A DNA stretch of 64,000 bases, from NCBI GenBank assembly GCA_002269645.1, contig NIVC01000821.1, positions 1 through 64,000 of the forward strand, in the 5' to 3' direction. The position numbers were made by a program, and so were the translations under genes. Shown in pieces: positions 50,421 through 64,000 of the stretch. The notes beneath the pieces were generated by a model. It worked only from the letters and a program-made list of their open reading frames with translations, was not told the DNA's origin and searched no databases. How positions within the stretch are numbered: the first letter of the stretch is position 1; the number at the start of each line of letters is the position of its first letter. This stretch comes from Macrostomum lignano (Eukaryota).

Positions 50421-53400
50421 AAGGCGTCATGTAAAAAATCATAGAAGCGTCTTGTAAAAATCATAGAAGCGTCATGTAAACAATCATAGAAGCGTCATGT
50501 AAACAATCATAGAAGCGTCGTGTAAAAATCATAGAAGCGTCATGTAAAAAATCATAGAAGCGTCATGTAAAAATCATAGAAGCGTCATGTAAACAATCAT
50601 AGAAGCGTCATGTAAAAATCATAGAAGCGTCATGTAAAAATCATAGAAGCGTCATGTAAACAATCATAAAAGCGTCATGTAAAAATCATAGAAGCGTCAT
50701 GAAACAATCATAGAAGCGTCGTGTAAAAATCATAGAAGCGTCATGTAAAAATCATAGAAGCGTCATGAAACAATCATAGAAGCGTCATGTAAACAATCAT
50801 AGAAGCGTCATATAAACAATCGTAGAAGCATCATGTAAAAATCATAGAAGCGTCATGTAAACAATCCTAGAAGCGTTATGTAAACAATCCTAGAAGCGTC
50901 ATGTAAACAATCCTAGAAGCGTCATGTAAACAATCATAGAAGCGCCAAGTAAAAATCATAAAAGCGTCATGTAAAATATCATTCAAGCGTCATTTAAACA
51001 ATCATAGAAGCGTCATGTAAACAAGCATAGAAGCATCATGAAACAATCATAGAAGCGTCATGTAAAAATCATAGAAGCGCCATGTAAACAATCATAGAAG
51101 CGTCATGTCAAAATCATAGAAGCGTCATGTAAACAATCATAGAAGCGTCATGTAAAAAATCATAGAAGCGTCATGTAAACAATCATAGAAGCGTCATGTA
51201 AAAATCATAGAAGCGTCATGTAAAAATCATAGAAGCGTCATGTAAACAATCATAGAAGCGTCATGTAAAAATCATTGAAGCGTCATGAAACAATCATAGA
51301 AGCGTCGTGTAAAAATCATAGAAGCGTCATGTAAAAATCATAGAAGCGTCATGAAACAATCATAGAAGCGTCATGTAAACAATCATAGAAGCGTCATATA
51401 AACAATCGTAGAAGCGTCATGTAAAAATCATAGAAGCGTCATGTAAACAATCCTAGAAGCGTTATGTAAACAATCATAGAAGCGTCATGTAAACAATCCT
51501 AGAAGCGTCATGTAAACAATCATAGAAGCGCGAAGTAAAAATCATAAAAGCGTCATGTAAAATATCATTCAAGCGTCATTTAAACAATCATAGAAGCGTC
51601 ATGTAAACAAGCATAGAAGCGTCATGAAACAATCATAGAAGCGTCATGTAAAAATCATAGAAGCGCCATGTAAACAATCATAGAAGCGTCATGTCAAAAT
51701 CATAGAAGCGTCATGTAAACAATCATAGAAGCGTCATGAAACAATCATAGAAGCGTCATGTAAACAATCATAGAAGCGTCATATAAACAATCATAGAAGC
51801 GTCATGTAAAAATCATAGAAGCGTCATGTAAACAATCATAGAAGCGTCATGAAACAATCATAGAAGCGTCATGTAAAAATCATAGAAGCGTCATGTAAAC
51901 AATCATAGAAGCGTCATGTAAACAATCATAGAAGCGTCATGTAAACAATCATAGAAGCGCCATGTAAAAATCATAAAAGCGTCATGTAAAATATCATTCA
52001 AGCGTCATTTAAACAATCATAGAAGCGTCATGAAACAATCATAGAAGCGTCATGTAAACAATCATAGAAGCGCCATGTAAAAAATCATAGAAGCGTCATG
52101 TAAACAATCATAGAAGCGTCATGTAAACAATCATAGAAGCGTCATGTAAAAATCATAGAAGCGTCATGTAAACAATCATAGAAGCGTCATGTAAAAATCA
52201 TAGAAGCGTCATGTAAACAATCATAGAAGCGTCATGTAAAAATCATAGAAGCGTCATGAAACAATCATAGAAGCGTCGTGTAAAAATCATAGAAGCGTCA
52301 TGTAAAAATCATAGAAGCGTCATGAAACAATCATAGAAGCGTCATGTAAACAATCATAGAAGCGTCATATAAACAATCGTAGAAGCGTCATGTAAAAATC
52401 ATAGAAGCGTCATGTAAACAATCCTAGAAGCGTTATGTAAACAATCATAGAAGCGTCATGTAAACAATCCTAGAAGCGTCATGTAAACAATCATAGAAGC
52501 GCGAAGTAAAAATCATAAAAGCGTCATGTAAAATATCATTCAAGCGTCATTTAAACAATCATAGAAGCGTCATGTAAACAAGCATAGAAGCGTCATGAAA
52601 CAATCATAGAAGCGTCATGTAAAAATCATAGAAGCGCCATGTAAACAATCATAGAAGCGTCATGTCAAAATCATAGAAGCGTCATGTAAACAATCATAGA
52701 AGCGTCATGAAACAATCATAGAAGCGTCATGTAAACAATCATAGAAGCGTCATATAAACAATCATAGAAGCGTCATGTAAAAATCATAGAAGCGTCATGT
52801 AAACAATCATAGAAGCGTCATGAAACAATCATAGAAGCGTCATGTAAAAATCATAGAAGCGTCATGTAAACAATCATAGAAGCGTCATGTAAACAATCAT
52901 AGAAGCGTCATGTAAACAATCATAGAAGCGCCATGTAAAAATCATAAAAGCGTCATGTAAAATATCATTCAAGCGTCATTTAAACAATCATAGAAGCGTC
53001 ATGAAACAATCATAGAAGCGTCATGTAAACAATCATAGAAGCGCCATGTAAAAAATCATAGAAGCGTCATGTAAACAATCATAGAAGCGTCATGAAACAA
53101 TCATAGAAGCGTCATGTAAACAATCATAGAAGCGTCATATAAACAATCATAGAAGCGTCATGTAAAAATCATAGAAGCGTCATGTAAACAATCATAGAAG
53201 CATCATGAAACAATCATAGAAGCGTCATGTAAAAATCATAGAAGCGTCATGTAAACAATCATAGAAGCGTCATGTAAACAATCATGGAAGCGTCATGTAA
53301 ACAATCATAAAAGCGCCATGTAAAAATCATAAAAGCGTCATGTAAAATATCATTCAAGCGTCATTTAAACAATCATAGAAGCGTCATGAAACAATCATAG

Positions 53401-56400
53401 AAGCGTCATGTAAACAATCATAGAAGCGTCATGTAAACAATCCTAGAAGCGTTATGTAAACAATCCTAGAAGCGTCATGTAAACAATCATAGAAGCGTCA
53501 TGTAAACAATCCTAGAAGCGTCATGTAAAAAGTCCTAGAAGCGTCATGTAAACAATCATAGAAGCGTCATGTAAACAATCCTAGAAGCGTCATGTAAACA
53601 ATCCTAGAAGCGTCATGTAAACAATCCTAGAAGCGTCATGTAAACAATCCTAGAAGCGTCATGTAAACAATCATAGAAGCGTCATGTAAACAATCCTAGA
53701 AGCGTCATGTAATTAATCATAGAAGCGTCATGTAAACAATCATAGAAGCGCCATGTAAAAATCATAAAAGCGTCATGTAAACAATCATAGAAGCGTCATG
53801 TAAACAAGCATAGAAGAATGTAAACAATCATAGAAGCGTCATGTAAAAATCATAGAAGCGTCATGAAACAATCATAGAAGCGTCATGTAAAAAATCATAA
53901 AAGCGTCATGTAAACAATCATAGAAGCGTCATGTAAACAAGCATAGAAGAATGTAAACAATCATAGAAGCGTCATGTAAAAATCATAGAAGCGTCATGAA
54001 ACAATCATAGAAGCGTCATGTAAAAATCATAGAAGCGTCATGTAAAAATCATAGAAGCGTCATGTAAACAATCATAGAAGCGTCATGTAAAAATCATAGA
54101 AGCGTCATGTAAAAATCATAGAAGCGTCATGTAAACAATCATAAAAGCGTCATGTAAAAATCATAGAAGCGTCATGAAACAATCATAGAAGCGTCGTGTA
54201 AAAATCATAGAAGCGTCATGTAAAAATCATAGAAGCGTCATGAAACAATCATAGAAGCGTCATGTAAACAATCATAGAAGCGTCATATAAACAATCGTAG
54301 AAGCGTCATGTAAAAATCATAGAAGCGTCATGTAAACAATCATAGAAGCGTTATGTAAACAATCATAGAAGCGTCATGTAAACAATCCTAGAAGCGTCAT
54401 GTAAACAATCATAGAAGCGCCAAGTAAAAATCATAAAGCGTCATGTAAAATATCATTCAAGCGTCATTAAACATCATAGAAGCGTCATGTAAAGAAGCAT
54501 AGAAGCGTCATGAAACAATCATAGAAGCGTCATGTAAAAATCATAGAAGCGCCATGTAAACAATCATAGAAGCGTCATGTCAAAATCATAGAAGCGTCAT
54601 GTAAACAATCATAGAAGCGTCATGAAACAATCATAGAAGCGTCATGTAAAAATCATAGAAGCGTCATGTAAACAATCATAGAAGCGTCATGTAAACAATC
54701 ATAGAAGCGTCATGTAAACAATCATAGAAGCGCCATGTAAAAATCATAAAAGCGTCATGTAAAATATCATTCAAGCGTCATTTAAACAATCATAGAAGCG
54801 TCATGAAACAATCATAGAAGCGTCATGTAAACAATCATAGAAGCGCCATGTAAAAAATCATAGAAGCGTCATGTAAACAATCATAGAAGCGTCATGTAAA
54901 CAATCATAGAAGCGTCATGTAAAAATCATAGAAGCGTCATGTAAACAATCATAGAAGCGTCATGTAAAAATCATAGAAGCGTCATGTAAACAATCATAGA
55001 AGCGTCATGTAAAAATCATAGAAGCGTCATGAAACAATCATAGAAGCGTCGTGTAAAAATCATAGAAGCGTCATGTAAAAATCATAGAAGCGTCATGAAA
55101 CAATCATAGAAGCGTCATGTAAACAATCATAGAAGCGTCATATAAACAATCGTAGAAGCGTCATGTAAAAATCATAGAAGCGTCATGTAAACAATCCTAG
55201 AAGCGTTATGTAAACAATCATAGAAGCGTCATGTAAACAATCCTAGAAGCGTCATGTAAACAATCATAGAAGCGCGAAGTAAAAATCATAAAAGCGTCAT
55301 GTAAAATATCATTCAAGCGTCATTTAAACAATCATAGAAGCGTCATGTAAACAAGCATAGAAGCGTCATGAAACAATCATAGAAGCGTCATGTAAAAATC
55401 ATAGAAGCGCCATGTAAACAATCATAGAAGCGTCATGTCAAAATCATAGAAGCGTCATGTAAACAATCATAGAAGCGTCATGAAACAATCATAGAAGCGT
55501 CATGTAAACAATCATAGAAGCGTCATATAAACAATCATAGAAGCGTCATGTAAAAATCATAGAAGCGTCATGTAAACAATCATAGAAGCGTCATGAAACA
55601 ATCATAGAAGCGTCATGTAAAAATCATAGAAGCGTCATGTAAACAATCATAGAAGCGTCATGTAAACAATCATAGAAGCGTCATGTAAACAATCATAGAA
55701 GCGCCATGTAAAAATCATAAAAGCGTCATGTAAAATATCATTCAAGCGTCATTTAAACAATCATAGAAGCGTCATGAAACAATCATAGAAGCGTCATGTA
55801 AACAATCATAGAAGCGCCATGTAAAAAATCATAGAAGCGTCATGTAAACAATCATAGAAGCGTCATGAAACAATCATAGAAGCGTCATGTAAACAATCAT
55901 AGAAGCGTCATATAAACAATCATAGAAGCGTCATGTAAAAATCATAGAAGCGTCATGTAAACAATCATAGAAGCATCATGAAACAATCATAGAAGCGTCA
56001 TGTAAAAATCATAGAAGCGTCATGTAAACAATCATAGAAGCGTCATGTAAACAATCATGGAAGCGTCATGTAAACAATCATAAAAGCGCCATGTAAAAAT
56101 CATAAAAGCGTCATGTAAAATATCATTCAAGCGTCATTTAAACAATCATAGAAGCGTCATGAAACAATCATAGAAGCGTCATGTAAACAATCATAGAAGC
56201 GTCATGTAAACAATCCTAGAAGCGTTATGTAAACAATCCTAGAAGCGTCATGTAAACAATCATAGAAGCGTCATGTAAACAATCCTAGAAGCGTCATGTA
56301 AAAAATCCTAGAAGCGTCATGTAAACAATCATAGAAGCGTCATGTAAACAATCCTAGAAGCGTCATGTAAACAATCCTAGAAGCGTCATGTAAACAATCC

Positions 56401-59400
56401 TAGAAGCGTCATGTAAACAATCCTAGAAGCGTCATGTAAACAATCATAGAAGCGTCATGTAAACAATCCTAGAAGCGTCATGTAATTAATCATAGAAGCG
56501 TCATGTAAACAATCATAGAAGCGCCATGTAAAAATCATAAAAGCGTCATGTAAACAATCATAGAAGCGTCATGTAAACAAGCATAGAAGAATGTAAACAA
56601 TCATAGAAGCGTCATGTAAAAATCATAGAAGCGTCATGAAACAATCATAGAAGCGTCATGTAAAAAATCATAAAAGCGTCATGTAAACAATCATAGAAGC
56701 GTCATGTAAACAAGCATAGAAGAATGTAAACAATCATAGAAGCGTCATGTAAAAATCATAGAAGCGTCATGAAACAATCATAGAAGCGTCATGTAAAAAA
56801 TCATAGAAGCGTCATGTAAAAAGCATAGAAGCGTCATGTAAAAAATCATAGAAGCGTCATGTAAAAATCATAGAAGCGTCATGTAAAAATCATAGAAGCG
56901 TCATGTAAACAATCATAGAAGCGTCATGTAAAAATCATAGAAGCGTCATGAAACAATCATAGAAGCGTCGTGTAAAAATCATAGAAGCGTCATGTAAAAA
57001 TCATAGAAGCGTCATGAAACAATCATAGAAGCGTCATGTAAACAATCATAGAAGCGTCATATAAACAATCGTAGAAGCGTCATGTAAAAATCATAGAAGC
57101 GTCATGTAAACAATCCTAGAAGCGTTATGTAAACAATCATAGAAGCGTCATGTAAACAATCCTAGAAGCGTCATGTAAACAATCATAGAAGCGCAAGTAA
57201 AAATCATAAAGCGTCATGTAAAATATCATTCAAGCGTCATTAAACATCATAGAAGCGTCATGTAAACAAGCATAGAAGCGTCATGAAACAATCATAGAAG
57301 CGTCATGTAAAAATCATAGAAGCGCCATGTAAACAATCATAGAAGCGTCATGTCAAAATCATAGAAGCGTCATGTAAAAATCATAGAAGCGTCATGAAAC
57401 AATCATAGAAGCGTCATGTAAACAATCATAGAAGCGTCATATAAACAATCATAGAAGCGTCATGTAAAAATCATAGAAGCGTCATGTAAACAATCATAGA
57501 AGCGTCATGAAACAATCATAGAAGCGTCATGTAAAAATCATAGAAGCGTCATGTAAACAATCATAGAAGCGTCATGTAAACAATCATAGAAGCGTCATGT
57601 AAACAATCATAGAAGCGTCGTGTAAAAATCATAGAAGCGTCATGTAAACAATCATAGAAGCGTCATATAAACAATCATAGAAGCGTCATGTAAAAATCAT
57701 AGAAGCGTCATGTAAACAATCATAGAAGCGTCATGTAAAAATCATAGAAGCGTCATGTAAACAATCATAGAAGCGTCATGTAAACAATCATAGAAGCGTC
57801 ATGTAAACAATCATAAAAGCGCCATGTAAAAATCATAAAAGCGTCATGTAAAATATCATTCAAGCGTCATTTAAACAATCATAGAAGCGTCATGAAACAA
57901 TCATAGAAGCGTCATGTAAACAATCATAGAAGCGCCATGTAAAAAATCATAGAAGCGTCATGTAAACAATCATAGAAGCGTCATGTAAACAATCATAGAA
58001 GCGTCATGTAAAAATCATAGAAGCGTCATGTAAACAATCATAGAAGCGTCATGTAAAAATCATAGAAGCGTCATGTAAAAATCATAGAAGCGTCATGTAA
58101 ACAATCATAGAAGCGTCATGTAAAAATCATAGAAGCGTCATGAAACAAGCATAGAAGCGTCGTGTAAAAATCATAGAAGCGTCATGTAAAAATCATAGAA
58201 GCGTCATGAAACAATCATAGAAGCGTCATGTAAACAATCATAGAAGCGTCATATAAACAATCGTAGAAGCGTCATGTAAAAATCATAGAAGCGTCATGTA
58301 AACAATCATAGAAGCGTTATGTAAACAATCATAGAAGCGTCATGTAAACAATCATAGAAGCGCGAAGTAAAAATCATAAAAGCGTCATGTAAAATATCAT
58401 TCAAGCGTCATTTAAACAATCATAGAAGCGTCATGTAAACAAGCATAGAAGCGTCATGAAACAATCATAGAAGCGTCATGTAAAAATCATAGAAGCGTCA
58501 TGTAAACAATCATAGAAGCGTCATGTAAACAATCATAGAAGCGTCATGTAAAAATCATAGAAGCGTCATGAAACAATCATAGAAGCGTCATGTAAACAAT
58601 CATAGAAGCGTCATATAAACAATCATAGAAGCGTCATGTAAAAATCATAGAAGCGTCATGTAAACAATCATAGAAGCGTCATGAAACAATCATAGAAGCG
58701 TCATGTAAAAATCATAGAAGCGTCATGTAAACAATCATAGAAGCGCGAAGTAAAAATCATAAAAGCGTCATGTAAAATATCATTCAAGCGTCATTTAAAC
58801 AATCATAGAAGCGTCATGTAAACAACATAGAAGCGTCATGAAACAATCATAGAAGCGTCATGTAAAAAATCATAGAAGCGTCATGTAAACAATCATAGAA
58901 GCGTCATGTAAAAAATCATAGAAGCGTCATGTAAACAATCATAGAAGCGTCATGAAACAATCATAGAAGCGTCATGTAAACAATCATAGAAGCGTCATAT
59001 AAACAATCATAGAAGCGTCACGTAAAAATCATAGAAGCGTCATGTAAACAATCATAGAAGCGTCATGAAACAATCATAGAAGCGTCATGTAAAAATCATA
59101 GAAGCGTCATGTAAACAATCATAGAAGCGTCATGTAAACAATCATAGAAGCGTCATGTAAACAATCATAGAAGCGTCATGTAAAAATCATAAAGCGTCAT
59201 GTAAAAATATCATAAGCGTCATGTAAACAATCATAGAAGCGTCATGTAAACAATCATAGAAGCGTCATGTAAACAATCATAGAAGCGCATGTAAAAAATC
59301 ATAGAAGCGTCATGTAAAAATCATAGAAGCGTCATGTAAACAATCATAGAAGCGTCATGTAAAAATCATAGAAGCGTCATGTAAACAATCATAGAAGCGT

Positions 59401-62400
59401 CATGTAAAAATCATAGAAGCGTCATGTAAAAATCATAGAAGCGTCATGTAAAAATCATAGAAGCGTCATGTAAAACAATCATAGAAGCGTCATGTAAAAA
59501 TCATAGAAGCGTCATGTAAAAATCATAGAAGCGTCATGTAAACAATCATAGAAGCGTCATGTAAACAATCATAGAAGCGTCATGTAAACAATAGAAGCGT
59601 CATGTAAAAATCATAGAAGCGTCATGTAAACAATCATAGAAGCGTATGTAAACAATCATAGAAGCGTCATGTAAACAATCATAGAAGCGTCATGTAAACA
59701 ATCATAGAAGCGCATGTAAAAATCATAGAAGCGTCATGTAAAAATCATAGCGTCATTAAACAATCATAGAAGCGTCATGTAAACAATCATAGAAGCGTCA
59801 TGAAACAATCATAGAAGCGTCATGTAAAAATCATAGAAGCGTCATGTAAACAATCATAGAAGCGTCATGTAAAAATCATAGAAGCGTCATGTAAACAATC
59901 ATAGAAGCGTCATAAACAATCATAGAAGCGTCATGTAAACAATCATAGAAGCGTCATGTAAACAATCATAGAAGCGTCATGTAAAAATCATAGAAGCGTC
60001 ATGTAAACAATCATAGAAGCGTCATGAAACAATCATAGAAGCGTCATGTAAACAATCATAGAAGCGTCATGTAAACAATCATAGAAGCGTCATGTAAACA
60101 ATCATAGAAGCGTCATGTAAACAATCATAGAAGCGTCATGTAAAAATCATAAAAGCGTCATGTAAAAATCATAAGCGTCATTTAAACAATCATAGAAGCG
60201 TCATGAAACAATCATAGAAGCGTCATGTAAACAATCATAGAAGCGCCATGTAAAAAATCATAGAAGCGTCATGTAAAAATCATAGAAGCGTCATGAAACA
60301 ATCATAGAAGCGTCATGTAAACAATCATAGAAGCGTCATATAAACATCATAGAAGCGTCATGTAAAAATCATAGAAGCGTCATGTAAACAATCATAGAAG
60401 CGTCATGTAAACAATCATAGAAGCGTCATGTAAAAATCATAGAAGCGTCATGTAAACAATCATAGAAGCGTCATGTAAACAATCATGAAGCGTCATGTAA
60501 ACAATCATAAAGCGTCATGTAAAAATCATAAAGCGTCATGTAAAAATCATAGAAGCGTCATTTAAAACAATCATAGCGTAACATCATAAACGTCAAACAA
60601 GAAGCGTCATGTATAGAACATGAAGAATAGGTCATGTAAACAATCATAGAAGCGTCATGTAAACAATCATAGAAGCGTCATGTAAACAATCATAGAAGCG
60701 TCATGTAAAAATCTAGAAGCGTCATGTAAACAATCATAGAAGCGTCATGTAAACAATCCTAGAAGCGTCATGTAAACAATCATAGAAGCGTCATGTAAAC
60801 AATCATAGAAGCGTCATGTAAACAATCATAGAAGCGTCATGTAAACAATCATAGAAGCGTCATGTAAAAATCATAGAAGCGTCATGTAAACAATCATAGA
60901 AGCGTCATGTAAAAATCATAGAAGCGTCATGTAAACAATCATAGAAGCGTCATGTAAAATCATAGAAGCGTCATGTAAACAATCATAGAAGCGTCATGTA
61001 AACAATCATAGAAGCGTCATGTAAAATCATAGAAGCGTCATGTAAACAATCATAGAAGCATGTAACAATCATAGAAGCGTCATGTAAACAATCATAGAAG
61101 CGTCATGTAAACAATCATAGAAGCGTCATGTAAAAATCATAGAAGCGTCATGTAAACAATCATAGAAGCGTCATGAAACAATCATAGAAGCGTCATGTAA
61201 ATCATAGAAGCGTCATGTAAACAATCATAGAAGCGTCATGTAAAAATCATAGAAGCGTCATGTAAACAATCATAGAAGCGTCATGTAAACAATCATAGAA
61301 GCGTCATGTAAAAATCATAGAAGCGTCATGTAAACAATCATAGAAGCGTCATGTAAACAATCATAGAAGCGTCATGTAAACAATCATAGAAGCGTCATGT
61401 AAACAATCATAGAAGCGTCATGTAAAAATCATAGAAGCGTCATGTAAACAATCATAGAAGCGTCATGTAAAAATCATAGAAGCGTCATGTAAAAATCATA
61501 GAAGCGTCATGTAAACAATCATAGAAGCGTCATGTAAACAATCATAGAAGCGTCATGTAAACAATCATAGAAGCGTCATGTAAACAATCATAGAAGCGTC
61601 ATGTAAACAATCATAGAAGCGTCATGTAAACAATCATAGAAGCGTCATGTAAACAATCATAGAAGCGTCATGTAAAAATCATAGAAGCGTCATGTAAACA
61701 ATCATAGAAGCGTCATGTAAACAATCATAGAAGCGTCATGTAAACAATCATAGAAGCGTCATGTAAAAATCATAGAAGCGTCATGTAAACAATCATAGAA
61801 GCGTCATGTAAAACAATCATAGAAGCGTCATGTAAACAATAGAAGCGTCATGAAACAATCATAGAAGCGTCATGTAAAAATCATAGAAGCGTCATGTAAA
61901 AATCATAGAAGCGTCATGAAACAATCATAGAAGCGTCATGTAAACAATCATAGAAGCGTCATGTAAACAATCATAGAAGCGTCATGTAAAAATCATAGAA
62001 GCGTCATGTAAACAATCATAGAAGCGTCATGTAAACAATCATAGAAGCGTCATGTAAAATCATAGAAGCGTCATGTAAACAATCATAGAAGCGTCATGTA
62101 AAAATCATAGAAGCGTCATGTAAAAATCATAGAAGCGTCATTAAACAATCATAGAAGCGTCATGTAAACAACATAGAAGCGTCATGAAACAATCATAGAA
62201 GCGTCATGTAAAAATCATAGAAGCGTCATGTAAACAATCATAGAAGCGTCATGTAAAAATCATAGAAGCGTCATGTAAACAATCATAGAAGCGTCATGTA
62301 AACAATCATAGAAGCGTCATGTAAACAATCATAGAAGCGTCATGTAAACAATCATAGAAGCGTCATGTAAAAATCATAGAAGCGTCATGTAAAATCATAG

Positions 62401-64000
62401 AAGCGTCATGAACAATCATAGAAGCGTCATGTAAACAATCATAGAAGCGTCATGTAAACAATCATAGAAGCGTCATGTAAACAATCATAGAAGCGTCATG
62501 TAAAAATCATAGAAGCGTCATGTAAAAATCATAGAAGCGTCATGTAAACAATCATAGAAGCGTCATGTAAACAATCATAGAAGCGTCATGTAAACAATCA
62601 TAGAAGCGTCATGTAAAAATCATAGAAGCGTCATGTAAACAATCATAGAAGCGTCATGAACAATCATAGAAGCGTCATGTAAACAATCATAGAAGCGTCA
62701 TTAAACAATCATAGAAGCGTCATGTAAAAATCATAGAAGCGTCATGTAAAATCATAGAAGCATCATGAAACAATCATAGAAGCGTCATGTAAAAATCATA
62801 GAAGCGTCATGTAAACAATCATAGAAGCGTCATGTAAAACATCATGAAGCGTCATGTAAACAATCATAGAAGCCATGTAAAAATCATAAAGCGTCATGTA
62901 AATCATTCAAGCGTCATTAACAATCATAGAAGCGTCATGTAAACAATCATAGAAGTCATGTAAACAATCATAAAGCGTCATGTAAAACAATCATAGAAGC
63001 GTATGTAAACAATCATAGAAGCGTCATGTAAACAATCATAGAAGCGTCATGTAAACAATCCTAGAAGCGTCATGTAAAAATCTAGAAGCGTCATGTAACA
63101 ATCATAGAAGCGTCATGTAAACAATCATAGAAGCGTCATGTAAAAATCATAGAAGCGTCATGTAAACAATCATAGAAGCGTCATGTAAACAATCATAGAA
63201 GCGTCATGTAAACAATCATAGAAGCGTCATGTAAACAATCATAGAAGCGTCATGTAAAAATCATAGAAGCGTCATGTAAACAATCATAGAAGCGCCATGT
63301 AAATCATAAAAGCGTCATGTAAACAATCATAGAAGCGTCATGTAAACAATCATAGAAGATGTAAACAATCATAGAAGCGTCATGTAAACAATCATAGAAG
63401 CGTCATGTAAACAATCATAGAAGCGTCATGTAAAAATCATAGAAGCGTCATGTAAACAATCATAGAAGCGTCATGTAAAACAATCATAGAAGCGTCATGT
63501 AAACAATCATAGAAGCGTCATGTAAACAATCATAGAAGCGTCATGTAAAAATCATAGAAGCGTCATGTAAAAATCATAGAAGCGTCATGAACAATCATAG
63601 AAGCGTCATGTAAAAATCATAGAAGCGTCATGTAAAATCATAGAAGCGTCATGTAAACAATCATAGAAGCGTCATGTAAAAATCATAGAAGCGTCATGTA
63701 AAAATCATAGAAGCGTCCGTGTAAATCATAGAAGCGTCATGTAAACAATCATAGAAGCGTCATGTAAAATCATAGAAGCGTCATGTAAACAATCATAGAA
63801 GCGTCATGTAAACAATCATAGAAGCGTCATGTAAAATCATAGAAGCGTCATGTAAACAATCATAGAAGCGTCATGTAAACAATCATAGAAGCGTCATGAA
63901 ACAATCATAGAAGCGTCATGTAAACAATCATAGAACGTCATGTAAACAATCATAGAAGCGTCATGTAAAAATCATAGAAGCGTCATGTAAACAATCATAG
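50421..64000. repeat. Satellite array, 22-23 bp monomer AAGCGTCATGTAAACAATCATAG, roughly 600 copies, open-ended
   Basis: Continuous to the window end, with diagnostic variant monomers defining higher-order periods. Confidence 0.99.

Noticed and set aside
50421-64000. Telomeric repeat
   Set aside because: The unit is 22-23 bp, AT-rich and lacks TTAGGG-type G-tracts.

Overview
Eukaryotic (metazoan) genomic DNA with GT-AG spliced genes; no prokaryotic features or CRISPR. The GC-rich exons, AT-rich flanks and minisatellite-filled introns recall a flatworm such as Macrostomum, but that is a guess. The first 42 kb is one giant inverted repeat (arms about 1242-21392 and 21934-41916) centred on a 355-N assembly gap. 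Each arm carries three genes I could splice by hand: SLC25A46, a synaptotagmin-14/16-family C2 protein and TP53I11. The inner ~6.4 kb of the arms differ only by short (mostly homopolymer) indels, while the outer parts differ by substitutions and repeat copy number, so this is either two haplotypes/paralogues scaffolded back-to-back or a real palindrome with conversion. The rest is a transposon nest: MITEs, a solo LTR and Helitron-like elements. One Helitron-like element is complete (A|TC...hairpin-CTAG|T) and carries a tRNA-like segment followed by a short 23-bp tandem array. In a sister copy the equivalent 23-bp array has expanded into a >13.5 kb satellite with nested ~971-bp and ~2773-bp higher-order structure. 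All calls are manual reads of the sequence plus remembered protein families; no searches were run.
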